Assembly: GCA_038316905.1 (NCBI GenBank)
Contig: JBBQAX010000002.1
Location: 1 to 46,167 of the forward strand
Origin: Verrucomicrobiota bacterium
Lineage (GTDB): Bacteria; Verrucomicrobiota; Verrucomicrobiia; Limisphaerales; CANJXF01
Reading direction: 5' to 3'
DNA: 46,167 nucleotides
In this document: positions 23,545 through 32,774 of the stretch, one piece after another
How positions within the stretch are numbered: position 1 is the first letter of the stretch
Layout: the number at the start of each line of letters is the position of its first letter
Notes under the pieces: model-generated
Told to the model about the DNA's origin: nothing
The model's database searches: none
Seen by the model: the letters and a program-made list of their open reading frames with translations, nothing else
Position numbers and translations under genes: made by a program

Positions 23545-26076
23545 TCAACTGGCTTGAGGCTTCACCATCGCAATGACGAACGCGTTTTCCTTCAAATACT
23601 TTTTTGCGGCGGCTTTGATCTGTTCAACCGTCACGGCTTCGTATTTGGAATCGTCCAAATCGCTGTAGTCGTAACCGAGTCCGTAAAGTTCATCGAGCGC
23701 AGCGCTCATCGCGTAACCGCCCAAATCCTGGCGGCCAATTTTCTTTTGGCCGATGACTTTGGCTTTGGCGCGTTTCAGTTCTACTTCGGTTAAACCTTCG
23801 CTCCGCAGCAACTCGGCCTCCTTCAACAATTCTTTTTCCACTAGGTCCAGTTTTTCCGGCATGGTTCCGACATAGAACGCGAAAAATCCGGGAGCTAATC
23901 CGAGGAACTGCTGCGCGCCCACGAAGTAAGCCAATCCAAGATTCTCGCGCACGCGCACAAACAGGCGCGAACCGAGATCGCTGCATGCTTCCTGAATCAA
24001 TTCGAGAGCGTATCGGTCTTGATCGAAAACGGAGACGCCGGGAAAACCAATCAAAAGGACGGCTTGTTTCTTGTCGCGCGTCTCTTCGACTTTCTGGATT
24101 TTCGTCAGCGGAGTGGTTGCGGGAATTTTTTCCAGCGTCGGACAGGTTTGTTTGCTCCATTCGCCCAAAGCATTTTCGACTGCGATTTTGATTTCGTCAG
24201 CATCGACGTCGCCAAAAATCGCGAGCACGCAATTGTTCGGAATTACAAATTCGCGATGGAATTTTTGCAGATCAGCGATGGTGACGCCGGGAACGCTTTC
24301 TTCGCTGCCGCTGGAATCGAGTCCGTAAGTCGTCTCGCCGAAAAGCGCGCGCCGCATCAATTGGCTGCCGCTTTGCAACATGTGATCTTTTTGCGCGCGA
24401 ATTCCGGCAAGCTGGATTTGTTGTTCGCGCTGGAAGGCGTCTTCGGGAAAAACAGGATTGAGTAGAACATCAGCGAGCAATCGCAACCCCGTTTCCAAAT
24501 CGCTGTTCATCACTTCGACATTGACGCCAAAACTGTTGTTGCCGCCAAAGCTGTCGATGCTCCCGCCGACGGATTCAATTTCCGTCGCGATTTGTTCCGC
24601 CGTGCGTTTGTGCGTGCCTTGCAACAGCATCTTCGCGGCAAGCTGTGTCAGTCCGTTGTTCTTGGGAGTTTCAATTAGAACGCCACCTTTAAGCGCAGCG
24701 CGAAATTCCACAAAAGGCAGGCGATGATCTTCTTTGACAAGCAAACGCAGACCATTTGGCAAATCAAATTTGCGGATCGGATTCTCCGAAGTGCGTTCTG
24801 CAATTTGAAATTCCTTCGGCGTGGAACCCGTCGGGAGCAGTGCGTAAAGGTTACGGTTTTCCGCAGTGAAATAGTCGCGCGCGACGCGTTGTAGATCAGT
24901 GCGCGTTACACGTTTCACCGCCGCGAGATAACGTTCCGAAAAACTCAAGTCGTTGGCAGACATCCAATTTCCGCCCAGATCCTGCGCCTGGCCCTGCATC
25001 GTTTTGCGCGTCGCCAATGTTCCCGCAACAAATTGTTTCGTGACTTTGGAAAGTTCTTCGACGGATACCAAACCAGTTTTGAGGTTTTCGATTTCTTCGA
25101 GCATCGCCTCTTTTGCCGCGGAGAATTTATCGCCGTTGATGTTCGCGCTCATGCCGAACAAACCCATTTCACCCGGGTTGTACGTCCACGCGTCGATGGA
25201 ATGGACGAGTTCTTTTTCCTCGCGGATTTTTCGGAAAAGACGCGAGCTGCGGCCATTGCCGAGAAGTGTCGCCAGAATTTCCAGCGCAGGCATGTCGGGA
25301 TGGCGAATGTCCGGGATGTGCCAACTGAAATGCATGTGGCCAAGTTCGATGGCGGCTTCCTCGACGAGTTCGCGCGGCGCGGTTTGTCTCGGCTCGGGCG
25401 GAAGAACCGTCGGCGGAAGCGCTTTCAATTTTGATTTGGAAAATGCCTCGGAAATTTGCGCAATGACTTCTTCTTGTTTCACGTCTCCGACGACAACGAA
25501 GAACATGTTGTTCGGCGTGTAGCGCTCGCGGTAATAGGCATGGATATCGTCGGGTTTGATTTCGTTAAAAATTTCGGGATAACCAATGATCGTGAACCGA
25601 TACGGACTTCGCGTGAACGCAGTTTCGAACAAACGCCGACTGGCGCGACGATTCGGGTCGTCCTGATTCATGTCCATTTCGCGGCGGATGACATCGAGTT
25701 CTTTGGCGAGTTCATCGGCGGGCAACGTGGCGTTTTGCATGATGTCGCAGAGGACATCCACCGCGACCCGCGCTCCCGTATTTGGCGCGTTGATATAATA
25801 AACGGTTCGATCAAAGGACGTGTAGGCGTTCATGTAACCGCCAACGTCTTGAACTTCCTGATCAATGCGCCCAGCACCGCGCGTCGTGGTTCCTTTGAAC
25901 AACATGTGTTCGAGCACGTGCGAGAGTCCCGCGCCGAGCCACTTGCTTTCGTCAATGCTGCCAGTCCGGCACCAGGCTTGAGCAGAGACCACCGGCGCGC
26001 TGTGATCTTCGCGGACGATGATGGTGAGGCCGTTTGGCAATGTGTGAAGTTTTGCGTTGGATGAAATGTGAGACAT
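23545..26076 (-). CDS. M16-family (pitrilysin/insulinase) zinc peptidase, two fused M16 units
   Basis: Track ORF trimmed to ATG 26076 (MSHISSNAKLHTLPNGLTIIVRED). Inverted zinc motif HVLEHMLFKGT (HxxEH) in the first half. The second half (about residue 440 onward, FDLPNGLRLLVKEDHRLPFVEF...) lacks HxxEH, as in non-catalytic M16 partners. Confidence 0.85.
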   Translation of the reverse strand: MSHISSNAKLHTLPNGLTIIVREDHSAPVVSAQAWCRTGSIDESKWLGAGLSHVLEHMLFKGTTTRGAGRIDQEVQDVGGYMNAYTSFDRTVYYINAPNTGARVAVDVLCDIMQNATLPADELAKELDVIRREMDMNQDDPNRRASRRLFETAFTRSPYRFTIIGYPEIFNEIKPDDIHAYYRERYTPNNMFFVVVGDVKQEEVIAQISEAFSKSKLKALPPTVLPPEPRQTAPRELVEEAAIELGHMHFSWHIPDIRHPDMPALEILATLLGNGRSSRLFRKIREEKELVHSIDAWTYNPGEMGLFGMSANINGDKFSAAKEAMLEEIENLKTGLVSVEELSKVTKQFVAGTLATRKTMQGQAQDLGGNWMSANDLSFSERYLAAVKRVTRTDLQRVARDYFTAENRNLYALLPTGSTPKEFQIAERTSENPIRKFDLPNGLRLLVKEDHRLPFVEFRAALKGGVLIETPKNNGLTQLAAKMLLQGTHKRTAEQIATEIESVGGSIDSFGGNNSFGVNVEVMNSDLETGLRLLADVLLNPVFPEDAFQREQQIQLAGIRAQKDHMLQSGSQLMRRALFGETTYGLDSSGSEESVPGVTIADLQKFHREFVIPNNCVLAIFGDVDADEIKIAVENALGEWSKQTCPTLEKIPATTPLTKIQKVEETRDKKQAVLLIGFPGVSVFDQDRYALELIQEACSDLGSRLFVRVRENLGLAYFVGAQQFLGLAPGFFAFYVGTMPEKLDLVEKELLKEAELLRSEGLTEVELKRAKAKVIGQKKIGRQDLGGYAMSAALDELYGLGYDYSDLDDSKYEAVTVEQIKAAAKKYLKENAFVIAMVKPQAS

Positions 26077-26092
26077 GAAATTTAAATAGAGT

Positions 26093-26557
26093 TCAAAGTT
26101 CTCCGGCTGTTCGCAATGCCACATTCTTGATTTGCTGCGAAACAAAAAACGTCGTGCCGTTCTCAATTTCGCACAGCACTTCGTTAACGGACGGAATAAA
26201 TCCCCGGAATTTTGCCTGAACCAAAACGCCGAGCAGCCCAACAAAATTCACCCCTTCCCGTTTGGCAATCGCGCGACCTTCCAATTCGTCCATGAGCAGG
26301 ATGTCCGCGTTCTTTTCTTTGGCGAGAACAATGGCTTCCGCCTCGCCGTGATCGAGTTCTTTCAGCAACCGCGCGACAGCGTTTTTATCTTTGACGGAAA
26401 AAAATTGGATGAAATCAGGCAGTGAAGAATGCAGGATCAAAAGTTCAGATCGGACGGCTTCAGGAATGAGAACCTCTTGGTAAAGTTCCTCGAGCAAACC
26501 TGCCTTGCCGATCTGCAAGAGAGTGGTGATGGCTGAGGTGTCACTAACAACGATCAT
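26093..26557 (-). CDS. PIN-like nuclease toxin (DUF3368 family)
   Basis: MIVVSDTSAITTLLQIGKAGLLEELY...IPEAV..E...HGEAEAIVLAKE...LLMDELEGR shows the acidic residue pattern of DUF3368/PIN. The start overlaps the stop of the upstream UPF0175 gene (ATGA at 26554-26557). Confidence 0.7.
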   Translation of the reverse strand: MIVVSDTSAITTLLQIGKAGLLEELYQEVLIPEAVRSELLILHSSLPDFIQFFSVKDKNAVARLLKELDHGEAEAIVLAKEKNADILLMDELEGRAIAKREGVNFVGLLGVLVQAKFRGFIPSVNEVLCEIENGTTFFVSQQIKNVALRTAGEL

Positions 26558-26802
26558 GTCGTTTTCTTCTGACTCAGGAGCTTGGCCATCTTCATGTCAT
26601 GCTCGACCGCTTCCATCGTGTAATGCATGCCAACGCCGCGCCTTGCCAATTCTTGCATGAATAACACTTTAGGCATTCCTGCCGCTTGTGCTGCGCGGCC
26701 AAGGGAAGCGTGCTTTCCCGTGTAGAGTCCGACGGCGAAATCCACTTTGGCTTCTTCTGAAGTAATCTTCAAATCCGCCGCATCTGGCAGGTCAATTGTC
26801 AT
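26554..26802 (-). CDS. UPF0175-family antitoxin
   Basis: 82 aa. ...VDFAVGLYTGKHASLGRAAQAAGMPKVLFMQELARRGVGMHYT is typical of UPF0175 (HTH-like) proteins, which pair with DUF3368 genes. Confidence 0.7.
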   Translation of the reverse strand: MTIDLPDAADLKITSEEAKVDFAVGLYTGKHASLGRAAQAAGMPKVLFMQELARRGVGMHYTMEAVEHDMKMAKLLSQKKTT

Positions 26803-26863
26803 GATTAGATTTTAACACCGCCGTCGCGAGTCAACAATTGCTGAAAGCGTGAAACTCCAACGA

Positions 26864-27280
26864 TCAGGCAGACGCCGCCTCATTTTTCACCAATTTATTT
26901 TGCGGCAAAAACGGTTTGCGAAACGCGTCGTCAAAATCATAACCGCCTTTGAAATCATCACGCGTGTCTTTCTCAGTTTTGGCGAGAAGACTGTTTGCCA
27001 CCATGTTGAAAACCATTTCGCCGAAATCTTCGCTGCCACGGATGCCCCATTCCTCGAGCACTGTTAAAGTCATCGGGCCATATTGGCTGAGGGCGTAGTC
27101 GCGAATTCCTTCCAGCAATTCCTGTCCGCTGACGTGGCGGATCTCGCCTTTCTTCGCTTTGCCAACGAGCTTCTGTGTGTGATCCAGCGCTTCGCGCAGA
27201 AAAAAATATCCATCGCGATGATAGCGCGGATCTTTTTCAACAATGGTGTCTAATATTTCTTCAAAGTTAACTGGTTGCAT
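26864..27280 (-). CDS. Conserved hypothetical protein, Minf_1886/TIGR04138-like (PVC-restricted family, from memory)
   Basis: 138 aa. RHVSGQELLEGIRDYALSQYGPMTLTVLEEWGIRGSEDFGEMVFNMV...DDFKGGYDFDDAF matches my recollection of the Verrucomicrobia/Planctomycetes-restricted family. No enzymatic motif. Confidence 0.55.
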   Translation of the reverse strand: MQPVNFEEILDTIVEKDPRYHRDGYFFLREALDHTQKLVGKAKKGEIRHVSGQELLEGIRDYALSQYGPMTLTVLEEWGIRGSEDFGEMVFNMVANSLLAKTEKDTRDDFKGGYDFDDAFRKPFLPQNKLVKNEAASA

Positions 27281-27286
27281 TGGCTT

Positions 27287-27418
27287 TTATTTCTTCGCTT
27301 CTTCAATTGTCGTGGAGGACGCGATCGGGGGATGCGCCGTTCGATAACTTTTCACCGCCCAACCGGTCAAGAGCAGCGCGATCACAACTTGTAACACCAA
27401 TCGCTCCTGCTTCGTCAT
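27287..27418 (-). CDS. Possible small single-pass membrane protein (43 aa)
   Basis: Track ORF 27287..27556 overlaps the upstream GT2 gene. Trimmed to ATG 27418 it reads MTKQERLVLQVVIALLLTGWAVKSYRTAHPPIASSTTIEEAKK, with one clear TM helix. Its stop lies 6 nt before the next gene's start. Positional evidence only. Confidence 0.35.
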   Translation of the reverse strand: MTKQERLVLQVVIALLLTGWAVKSYRTAHPPIASSTTIEEAKK

Positions 27419-27449
27419 CCAGTTCGTGCTGGAAATGTAATCTTTGATT

Positions 27450-28211
27450 TTAAGATTCACAATGGGCGCACGTGTGTTTGGGTGCGACGCGGGGCGATCG
27501 ACGCATTCCATTTTGAAACCAAAGGCTCCAAACCATCCAGAGCGCTTCCCGCACAATCTTGCCCGACATCTTGGAGCTGCCTTGAAACCGATCAGTAAAA
27601 ATGATCGGAACTTCCACCACCTTCATTCCTTGCCGCCAGATGCGATGTGTCATTTCGACCTGAAAACTGTAGCCGTTCGAACGCACTTCCTGAAGATTGA
27701 TCGCCTCCAGGGCGGTCCGGCGAAAACATTTAAACCCGCCGGTCGGATCGGTGAACGGCATTCCCGTAATGATACGAACGTAGCGCGCCGCGCCCGTGCT
27801 CAAGAGCAACCGTTTGAGCGGCCAATTGATGACCCGAATCCCGTTGCAATAACGCGAGCCGAGGACGAGATCCGCATCTTTAGCGGCTTCGATAAATTTA
27901 GGAATGTCATCCGGGTTGTGCGAAAAATCGCCGTCCATCTCCATGATGAATTCATAATCACGCTCCAACGCCCACGCGAACCCGGCGCAATACGCGCGGC
28001 CCAATCCATTTTTTTCCTTACGATGCAGGACGTGGATGTTCGGATATTTCGCCGATAATTCATCCGCGATTTTTCCAGTGCCGTCGGGGGAATTATCATC
28101 TACCACCAGCAAATCAACAGGGATGGCGAGCTTCAACAACCGTTCAGCCATCGGCGGAAGATTGTCGCGCTCATTGTAGGTCGGGACGATAACCAGAGTT
28201 TTGCTGCCCAT
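27450..28211 (-). CDS. Polyprenol-phosphate mannosyltransferase (Dpm1/Ppm1-like GT2)
   Basis: MGSKTLVIVPTYNERDNLPPMAERL...LLVVDDNSPDGTGKIADELSAKYPNIHVLHRKEKNGLGRAYCAGF...MDGDFSHNP is the canonical DPM1-type GT2 sequence. Confidence 0.85.
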   Translation of the reverse strand: MGSKTLVIVPTYNERDNLPPMAERLLKLAIPVDLLVVDDNSPDGTGKIADELSAKYPNIHVLHRKEKNGLGRAYCAGFAWALERDYEFIMEMDGDFSHNPDDIPKFIEAAKDADLVLGSRYCNGIRVINWPLKRLLLSTGAARYVRIITGMPFTDPTGGFKCFRRTALEAINLQEVRSNGYSFQVEMTHRIWRQGMKVVEVPIIFTDRFQGSSKMSGKIVREALWMVWSLWFQNGMRRSPRVAPKHTCAHCES

Positions 28212-28278
28212 GCTCGGGCAGAGACGTAAGCGAAAAGAAGCTCGGATTCAAGATTTTAAGCCAGAGACGTGTTTGGGG

Positions 28279-28458
28279 AGGGTGCGATTAAAAGTGGGTG
28301 CGATTGGAAAACTTTTGGAGTGCGACGGCAGGACGTCGCTTTTCCTGCGCCCTGGCAACACCAAAGTCATTTGAACCAAGAGACGCTCAGCGCTTTATCA
28401 CCGTGACATGTCCCCGCAGTCCAAATGGCCACGCCTCACCCACTTTTAATCACACCCT
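28279..28458. mobile_element. MITE-like repeat, family A, copy 2 (180 bp), with a flanking short direct repeat
   Basis: TIRs are AGGGTGCGATTAAAAGTGGGTG (left) and CACCCACTTTTAATCACACCCT (right), a perfect inverted match except one base. TGTTTGGG occurs at 28270-28277 and again at 28458-28465, at or just outside the ends. It has the same orientation and internal sequence as 22815-23008. Confidence 0.75.
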
Positions 28459-28474
28459 GTTTGGGAAGTGAGAC

Positions 28475-29869
28475 TCAAGCCTTGGCAGCTTCGGGCAATT
28501 CTCTTTCGATTTCCCCCAGGCGATAGCCAAAGCCACTGCCGCGAATTGAACTTAAATCAACTGCTCCCATGCGACGCCGGTATAGCCCGGGATGCACCTG
28601 TTCTTCCGGGCCGGAAACATCTGGATAAAACTGCATTGCGTTCGTTTCCACACCCATGATGGTTCCAACGTGAGCCGCGAGTTGAAGATGCGAAATTTGC
28701 GCAAGCATCGGGTTGGTCAGATCCTGCACCATCAGTTGCATTCCATGGGCGCGTCCCCAACACGCGGAGAGCAATGCGCCGGTTTGCGTCTTGCATGTTT
28801 TCAACGCGACACCAGTCCAGCCCAATTCGCGTCCGAGTCGGACCATTCGCCAATCGTGCGCGCTTTCGTCGAGGAATAAAGGCTTCCGCGCGGCTACGCT
28901 TCGTACATCGATCCGGTTGTGTTCCAGTTCATAGGGAAAGGGCTGTTCTACGTACAGGATCTTTTCGCTGATTCGGGGGAATTCTTTTGCAAGGCGATCC
29001 AAGATTTCATTCACGTAATCGGGATCGGTAACCGTGCAATTAAAATCAGCGCTCAACACTTCCACATTTTGCGCAAGGGAAATTTTCCCCACGTTAACGA
29101 GTCGCGAGAAATCCCAGGCCGCGTCGTTGCCGCGCAGTTTTATCTTTAGACATTTCAAGCCATCGCGCTGAATCCAATCGCCGAGCAGTAACGGGTAGCC
29201 GTCGTTTGGTTCGCTGCCGGTGAGTTCCAGTTTTTCCAGCGGATCAAGTCCTCCAGCCAGATGCCAGGCGAGCAGGGTGGGCGGCGGATTCTTCACAAGG
29301 AAATCCGAGGGGAACTTTCCGGCGAAAAGTTTTGCGGAATCGTCCTCCACAAAAAACTGTTCCAGCGAGCGACTCATCCATTTTGCGCTGTAAGTTTCAT
29401 AGACCGGGATTTTATGCAGGTTTCCAAATGCGTCGTGCAGTGCGATGTCAAAGGCGGAACTGCAAACCAGCGCAGCAAGCCACGGCATCGCTTCGTGGGT
29501 GGAGCGTGGCGCGTTGAACCGTTTCCACAATCGCGGCAGAACTTGTTCGAGAAAATCGGAGCCGACTTCCATTGGGTGGCCAAAGGTTGAAAATTCCTCC
29601 CAGGCGTGGCTGATCTGAATGCAAAAGGTTTTCAGCGCGTCGTGGCGACCTTCGTAGGGCAACGGGCTTGGCCAGGACCATTGCACGCTGAGCGGCGTTT
29701 CGCCCCAACCTTCGGCGCGGTTTCCTTGACCATCCGAAACCTCTACGCGAACGCGGGCGCAGGAAACATAAGTCACAGTCTCAGCCCCGAACTTCAGCGG
29801 CACCCGTGTATGGACGGGGAGGAAATAAAGCGTGGTCCCGATGCACCGGATGTCAGTTGTTTTGGCCAT
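28475..29869 (-). CDS. Enolase-superfamily enzyme (mandelate racemase/muconate lactonizing enzyme-like)
   Basis: Barrel-domain signature residues in order: LKCLKIKLRG (KxK), SADFNCT (Asp), LYVEQPFP (Glu), LFLDESAHD (Asp/Glu), ALKTCKTQ (Lys). An N-terminal capping-domain-like region precedes them. Confidence 0.7.
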   Translation of the reverse strand: MAKTTDIRCIGTTLYFLPVHTRVPLKFGAETVTYVSCARVRVEVSDGQGNRAEGWGETPLSVQWSWPSPLPYEGRHDALKTFCIQISHAWEEFSTFGHPMEVGSDFLEQVLPRLWKRFNAPRSTHEAMPWLAALVCSSAFDIALHDAFGNLHKIPVYETYSAKWMSRSLEQFFVEDDSAKLFAGKFPSDFLVKNPPPTLLAWHLAGGLDPLEKLELTGSEPNDGYPLLLGDWIQRDGLKCLKIKLRGNDAAWDFSRLVNVGKISLAQNVEVLSADFNCTVTDPDYVNEILDRLAKEFPRISEKILYVEQPFPYELEHNRIDVRSVAARKPLFLDESAHDWRMVRLGRELGWTGVALKTCKTQTGALLSACWGRAHGMQLMVQDLTNPMLAQISHLQLAAHVGTIMGVETNAMQFYPDVSGPEEQVHPGLYRRRMGAVDLSSIRGSGFGYRLGEIERELPEAAKA

Positions 29870-30024
29870 GATTTGAACGTGGCAAATCGTGCAAGTGGAG
29901 TCAGTGCATCGTCAATGGATGTTTCACTCGGGGTTGCGAAAGCAAAATTGTTCTCAACCAACAAAGTTGAATACGCGCAGATACTTTCGTGACAAGTTGG
30001 CGGCGCGATACTAAAACTTCGCGC

Positions 30025-31698
30025 ATGAACAATCTCGTTCGACATGTCGCGACGCTCTGCACCGCCTTCGTTTTCTCCGCCAATGCTGCTGATGGCATTC
30101 CCGCTGATCTTGTCATCATCAACGCCACCGTTCGCACTCTGGATAAAGCGATTCCAAAGGCGGAAGCCGTTGCCATTTACGGGAACAAGATCGCCGCCGT
30201 GGGATCGACCAAAGAAATCCGCGCCCTCGCTGGAAAGAAAACCCGCGTCATCGATGCCAAAGGCAAACTCGTTTTACCAGGGTTCAATGATTCTCACGTT
30301 CACTTTCTCGATGGCGGGTATTCGTTATCCAATGTGGACTTGCGTGACGCGAAGTCGCCCGAGGAATTTGCGCGGCGCATCGGTGAGTTCGCAAAAAAAA
30401 TTCCGAAAGGGCAATGGATTCTTGGCGGCGATTGGGACCATGAGAAATGGCCAGGCACGCCACTGCCGACCAAAGAGATGATTGATGCGGTGACTCCGGA
30501 GAATCCTGTTTTCATCAATCGCACTGACGGCCACATGTCACTGGCAAACAGTCTGGCAATCAAATTGGCGAAGCTTCCGCAAGGCATCAAAGATCCAGAT
30601 GGCGGCACGGTCGTGCGCGATTCGAAATCCGGCGAGCCGACTGGAATTTTCAAAGACGCGGCCATGAGTTTTATCGGCAAAGTCATTCCCGATAAATCAA
30701 CTGAGCAGAACCGCGTCGCAGCGCGAGCGGCCACAGAACATGCGGCCTCTCTCGGCGTCACCAGCGTGCAGGACATGTCGGCGGGAAATGATGTTGGCCT
30801 TTATCAGACCATGCTCGAACACGGTGAATTGAAGAATCGCATTTACGCGATGCGCTCAGTTCTGTCGTGGGAGACTCTTGAGAAAACTGGCGTCCGCGCC
30901 AACTTCGGTAATGACATGTTGCGCATCGGCGGATTGAAAGGTTTCGCTGATGGCAGCCTCGGTTCCACGACGGCCCTGTTCTTCGAGCCATATAACGACG
31001 AACCTGACACCAGCGGTTTGCTCGGAGATCAAATGGTTCCTGAAGGCATCATGCTCAAGCGCGTTCTCGGTGCGGACAAAGCGGGCTTGCAGGTGATGAT
31101 CCACGCCATTGGCGAAAAGGCGAACATGCTGGTGCTGGATATTTATCGAGATGCCGCCGCTCAAAATGGCGCGCGTGATCGCCGCTTTCGCATCGAACAT
31201 GCCCAACATTTCCGTCCCGAAGAAATCGCGCGCATGGCCAGCCAAAAAGTCATTGCCTCCATGCAACCCTTCCACGCTATTGACGACGGACGGTGGTGCG
31301 ATCGGCGAATCGGCCAGGAACGATCAAAAGGAACTTACGCATTCCGCTCGTTGCTGGATGCTGGCGCGCCACTCGCGTTTGGAACGGATTGGAATGTTGC
31401 TCCCCTGAATCCGATGATCTCCATTTACGCCGCAGTCACCCGCCGCACGTTGGACGGCAAAAATCCTGACGGCTGGGTTCCTGAACAAAAAATAACCGTG
31501 GAAGAGGCGGTGCGTGCTTACACGCTTGGCTCGGCCTACGCGGAATTTGCGGAAAAAGTGAAAGGAACTGTCACCTCGGGCAAGTTGGCGGACATTATAA
31601 TGTTAGATGCGAATATTTTTGAGATCGATCCGGTGCGGATCCAGGATGCGAAAGTGGTGTTAACCATTGTCGATGGCCGCATTGTTTATGAGAAATGA
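30025..31698 (+). CDS. Secreted/periplasmic amidohydrolase (Amidohydro_3, metal-dependent TIM-barrel hydrolase)
   Basis: Track ORF trimmed to ATG 30025 ([21 protein letters not shown], a signal peptide). [15 protein letters not shown] (HxH metal motif), [16 protein letters not shown] and FGTDWNV. Confidence 0.85.
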   Translation: MNNLVRHVATLCTAFVFSANAADGIPADLVIINATVRTLDKAIPKAEAVAIYGNKIAAVGSTKEIRALAGKKTRVIDAKGKLVLPGFNDSHVHFLDGGYSLSNVDLRDAKSPEEFARRIGEFAKKIPKGQWILGGDWDHEKWPGTPLPTKEMIDAVTPENPVFINRTDGHMSLANSLAIKLAKLPQGIKDPDGGTVVRDSKSGEPTGIFKDAAMSFIGKVIPDKSTEQNRVAARAATEHAASLGVTSVQDMSAGNDVGLYQTMLEHGELKNRIYAMRSVLSWETLEKTGVRANFGNDMLRIGGLKGFADGSLGSTTALFFEPYNDEPDTSGLLGDQMVPEGIMLKRVLGADKAGLQVMIHAIGEKANMLVLDIYRDAAAQNGARDRRFRIEHAQHFRPEEIARMASQKVIASMQPFHAIDDGRWCDRRIGQERSKGTYAFRSLLDAGAPLAFGTDWNVAPLNPMISIYAAVTRRTLDGKNPDGWVPEQKITVEEAVRAYTLGSAYAEFAEKVKGTVTSGKLADIIMLDANIFEIDPVRIQDAKVVLTIVDGRIVYEK

Positions 31699-32209
31699 TC
31701 GAAATCAACCGGGGACTGCGAAGGCGACAAATCAGAAGATCGTGGCACTGGTGATCGTCTCCTTGCTGGTGCTGGTGGGATTTACTTTGTTTGCGGTCAA
31801 AGCGACCGATCATCGCGGGGATCTTCGACGCGCTCTCGATCGTCACGACCACTTCCGATTGGAAGAGTTACTGAAAAATCATCCAGGTTTGGCCGAAGCT
31901 GAGATTCCGAATCGCAGTCCGAAAGACACTTGGAACCCGCTTCACATGGCGGCCTATTACGGAGACAACCGCGCTATCGAAATTCTTTTGCAGCATAAAG
32001 CAAAGGTGAACGCCAAAGACTCAAATGGTCTGACGCCGCTGCATTACGTCGTCTCCTCCGGTCGACATCAAAGCGTGACACTGCTGATCAACAAAGGTGC
32101 TGACATGAACGCCAAAGGCCGCGATGGCCGGACGCCCTTGGACCTCGCAAAGAACCTTCGCGACAAAAAGATGATCGAACTTTTCCGAATCCGCGGTGCG
32201 AAAGAATAA
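31688..32209 (+). CDS. Membrane-anchored ankyrin-repeat protein
   Basis: N-terminal TM segment ([21 protein letters not shown]), then 3 ankyrin repeats ([72 protein letters not shown]). ATG 31688 overlaps the amidohydrolase end by 11 nt; ATG 31673 is an alternative. Confidence 0.8.
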   Translation: MRNDRNQPGTAKATNQKIVALVIVSLLVLVGFTLFAVKATDHRGDLRRALDRHDHFRLEELLKNHPGLAEAEIPNRSPKDTWNPLHMAAYYGDNRAIEILLQHKAKVNAKDSNGLTPLHYVVSSGRHQSVTLLINKGADMNAKGRDGRTPLDLAKNLRDKKMIELFRIRGAKE

Positions 32210-32263
32210 ATTGTTTCCGAGTGCGTGAAACCTTACCGCCTCTCAAGCGTGAATCGGAAGCCC

Positions 32264-32386
32264 GGGTGTGATTTGAAGTGGCGGTCGTAGCCGCGCTCGC
32301 CAGAGCGTGGCGTGGGCATTTAATCGACACCACGCTCTGGCGAGCGCGGCTACACGGTTCGCTGACCGCCACTTCAAATCACACCC
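32264..32386. repeat. Nested-palindrome repeat, family B (123 bp), whose termini resemble the family-A MITE ends
   Basis: The outer inverted repeat is GGGTGTGATTTGAAGTGGCGGTC (32264-32286) paired with GACCGCCACTTCAAATCACACCC (32364-32386). The inner perfect 24-bp inverted repeat is GTAGCCGCGCTCGCCAGAGCGTGG (32287-32310) paired with 32330-32353, around a 19-nt loop. It lies 55 nt downstream of the ankyrin gene stop. Confidence 0.7.
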
Positions 32387-32625
32387 TCGGAGCACTGTGA
32401 AAACGGATTTTATGTTCAAGGTGTAAAAACGTAGTCTTCTTTCATCCACCCAACCGATCCTTTTTTACGGTTGGATTGCGTTGAGGATAGTTGCGATATT
32501 GTTTCATGAAAATAACATCATGGGACAAATCAGATTGGTTTCAACGATGGCTCGAAATAGCAAGAAAGCGGAAATAAGACGCAGACTCTGAAACAGGATG
32601 TTTCACAGGACATCTCAAAAACAGT

Positions 32626-32655
32626 CGGCGCGAACGATCGCGCCGTTTCTGTTTT
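32626..32655 (+). terminator. Candidate intrinsic (possibly bidirectional) terminator
   Basis: 8-bp GC-rich stem CGGCGCGA / TCGCGCCG with a 4-nt loop ACGA, followed by TTTCTGTTTT. It is preceded by CTCAAAAACAG, which is complementary to the downstream CTGTTTTGAG. Confidence 0.5.
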
Positions 32656-32774
32656 GAGGTAGCGTTAAAGGTTCCTATTTCATTTGCGGGGGAAATTCCC
32701 CGAATGATTTTACAGGCGCGCTCCCAATTGCGGGACCGATTCTCTTCCCCTACGTTTTTCGACGATAAGTCGAT

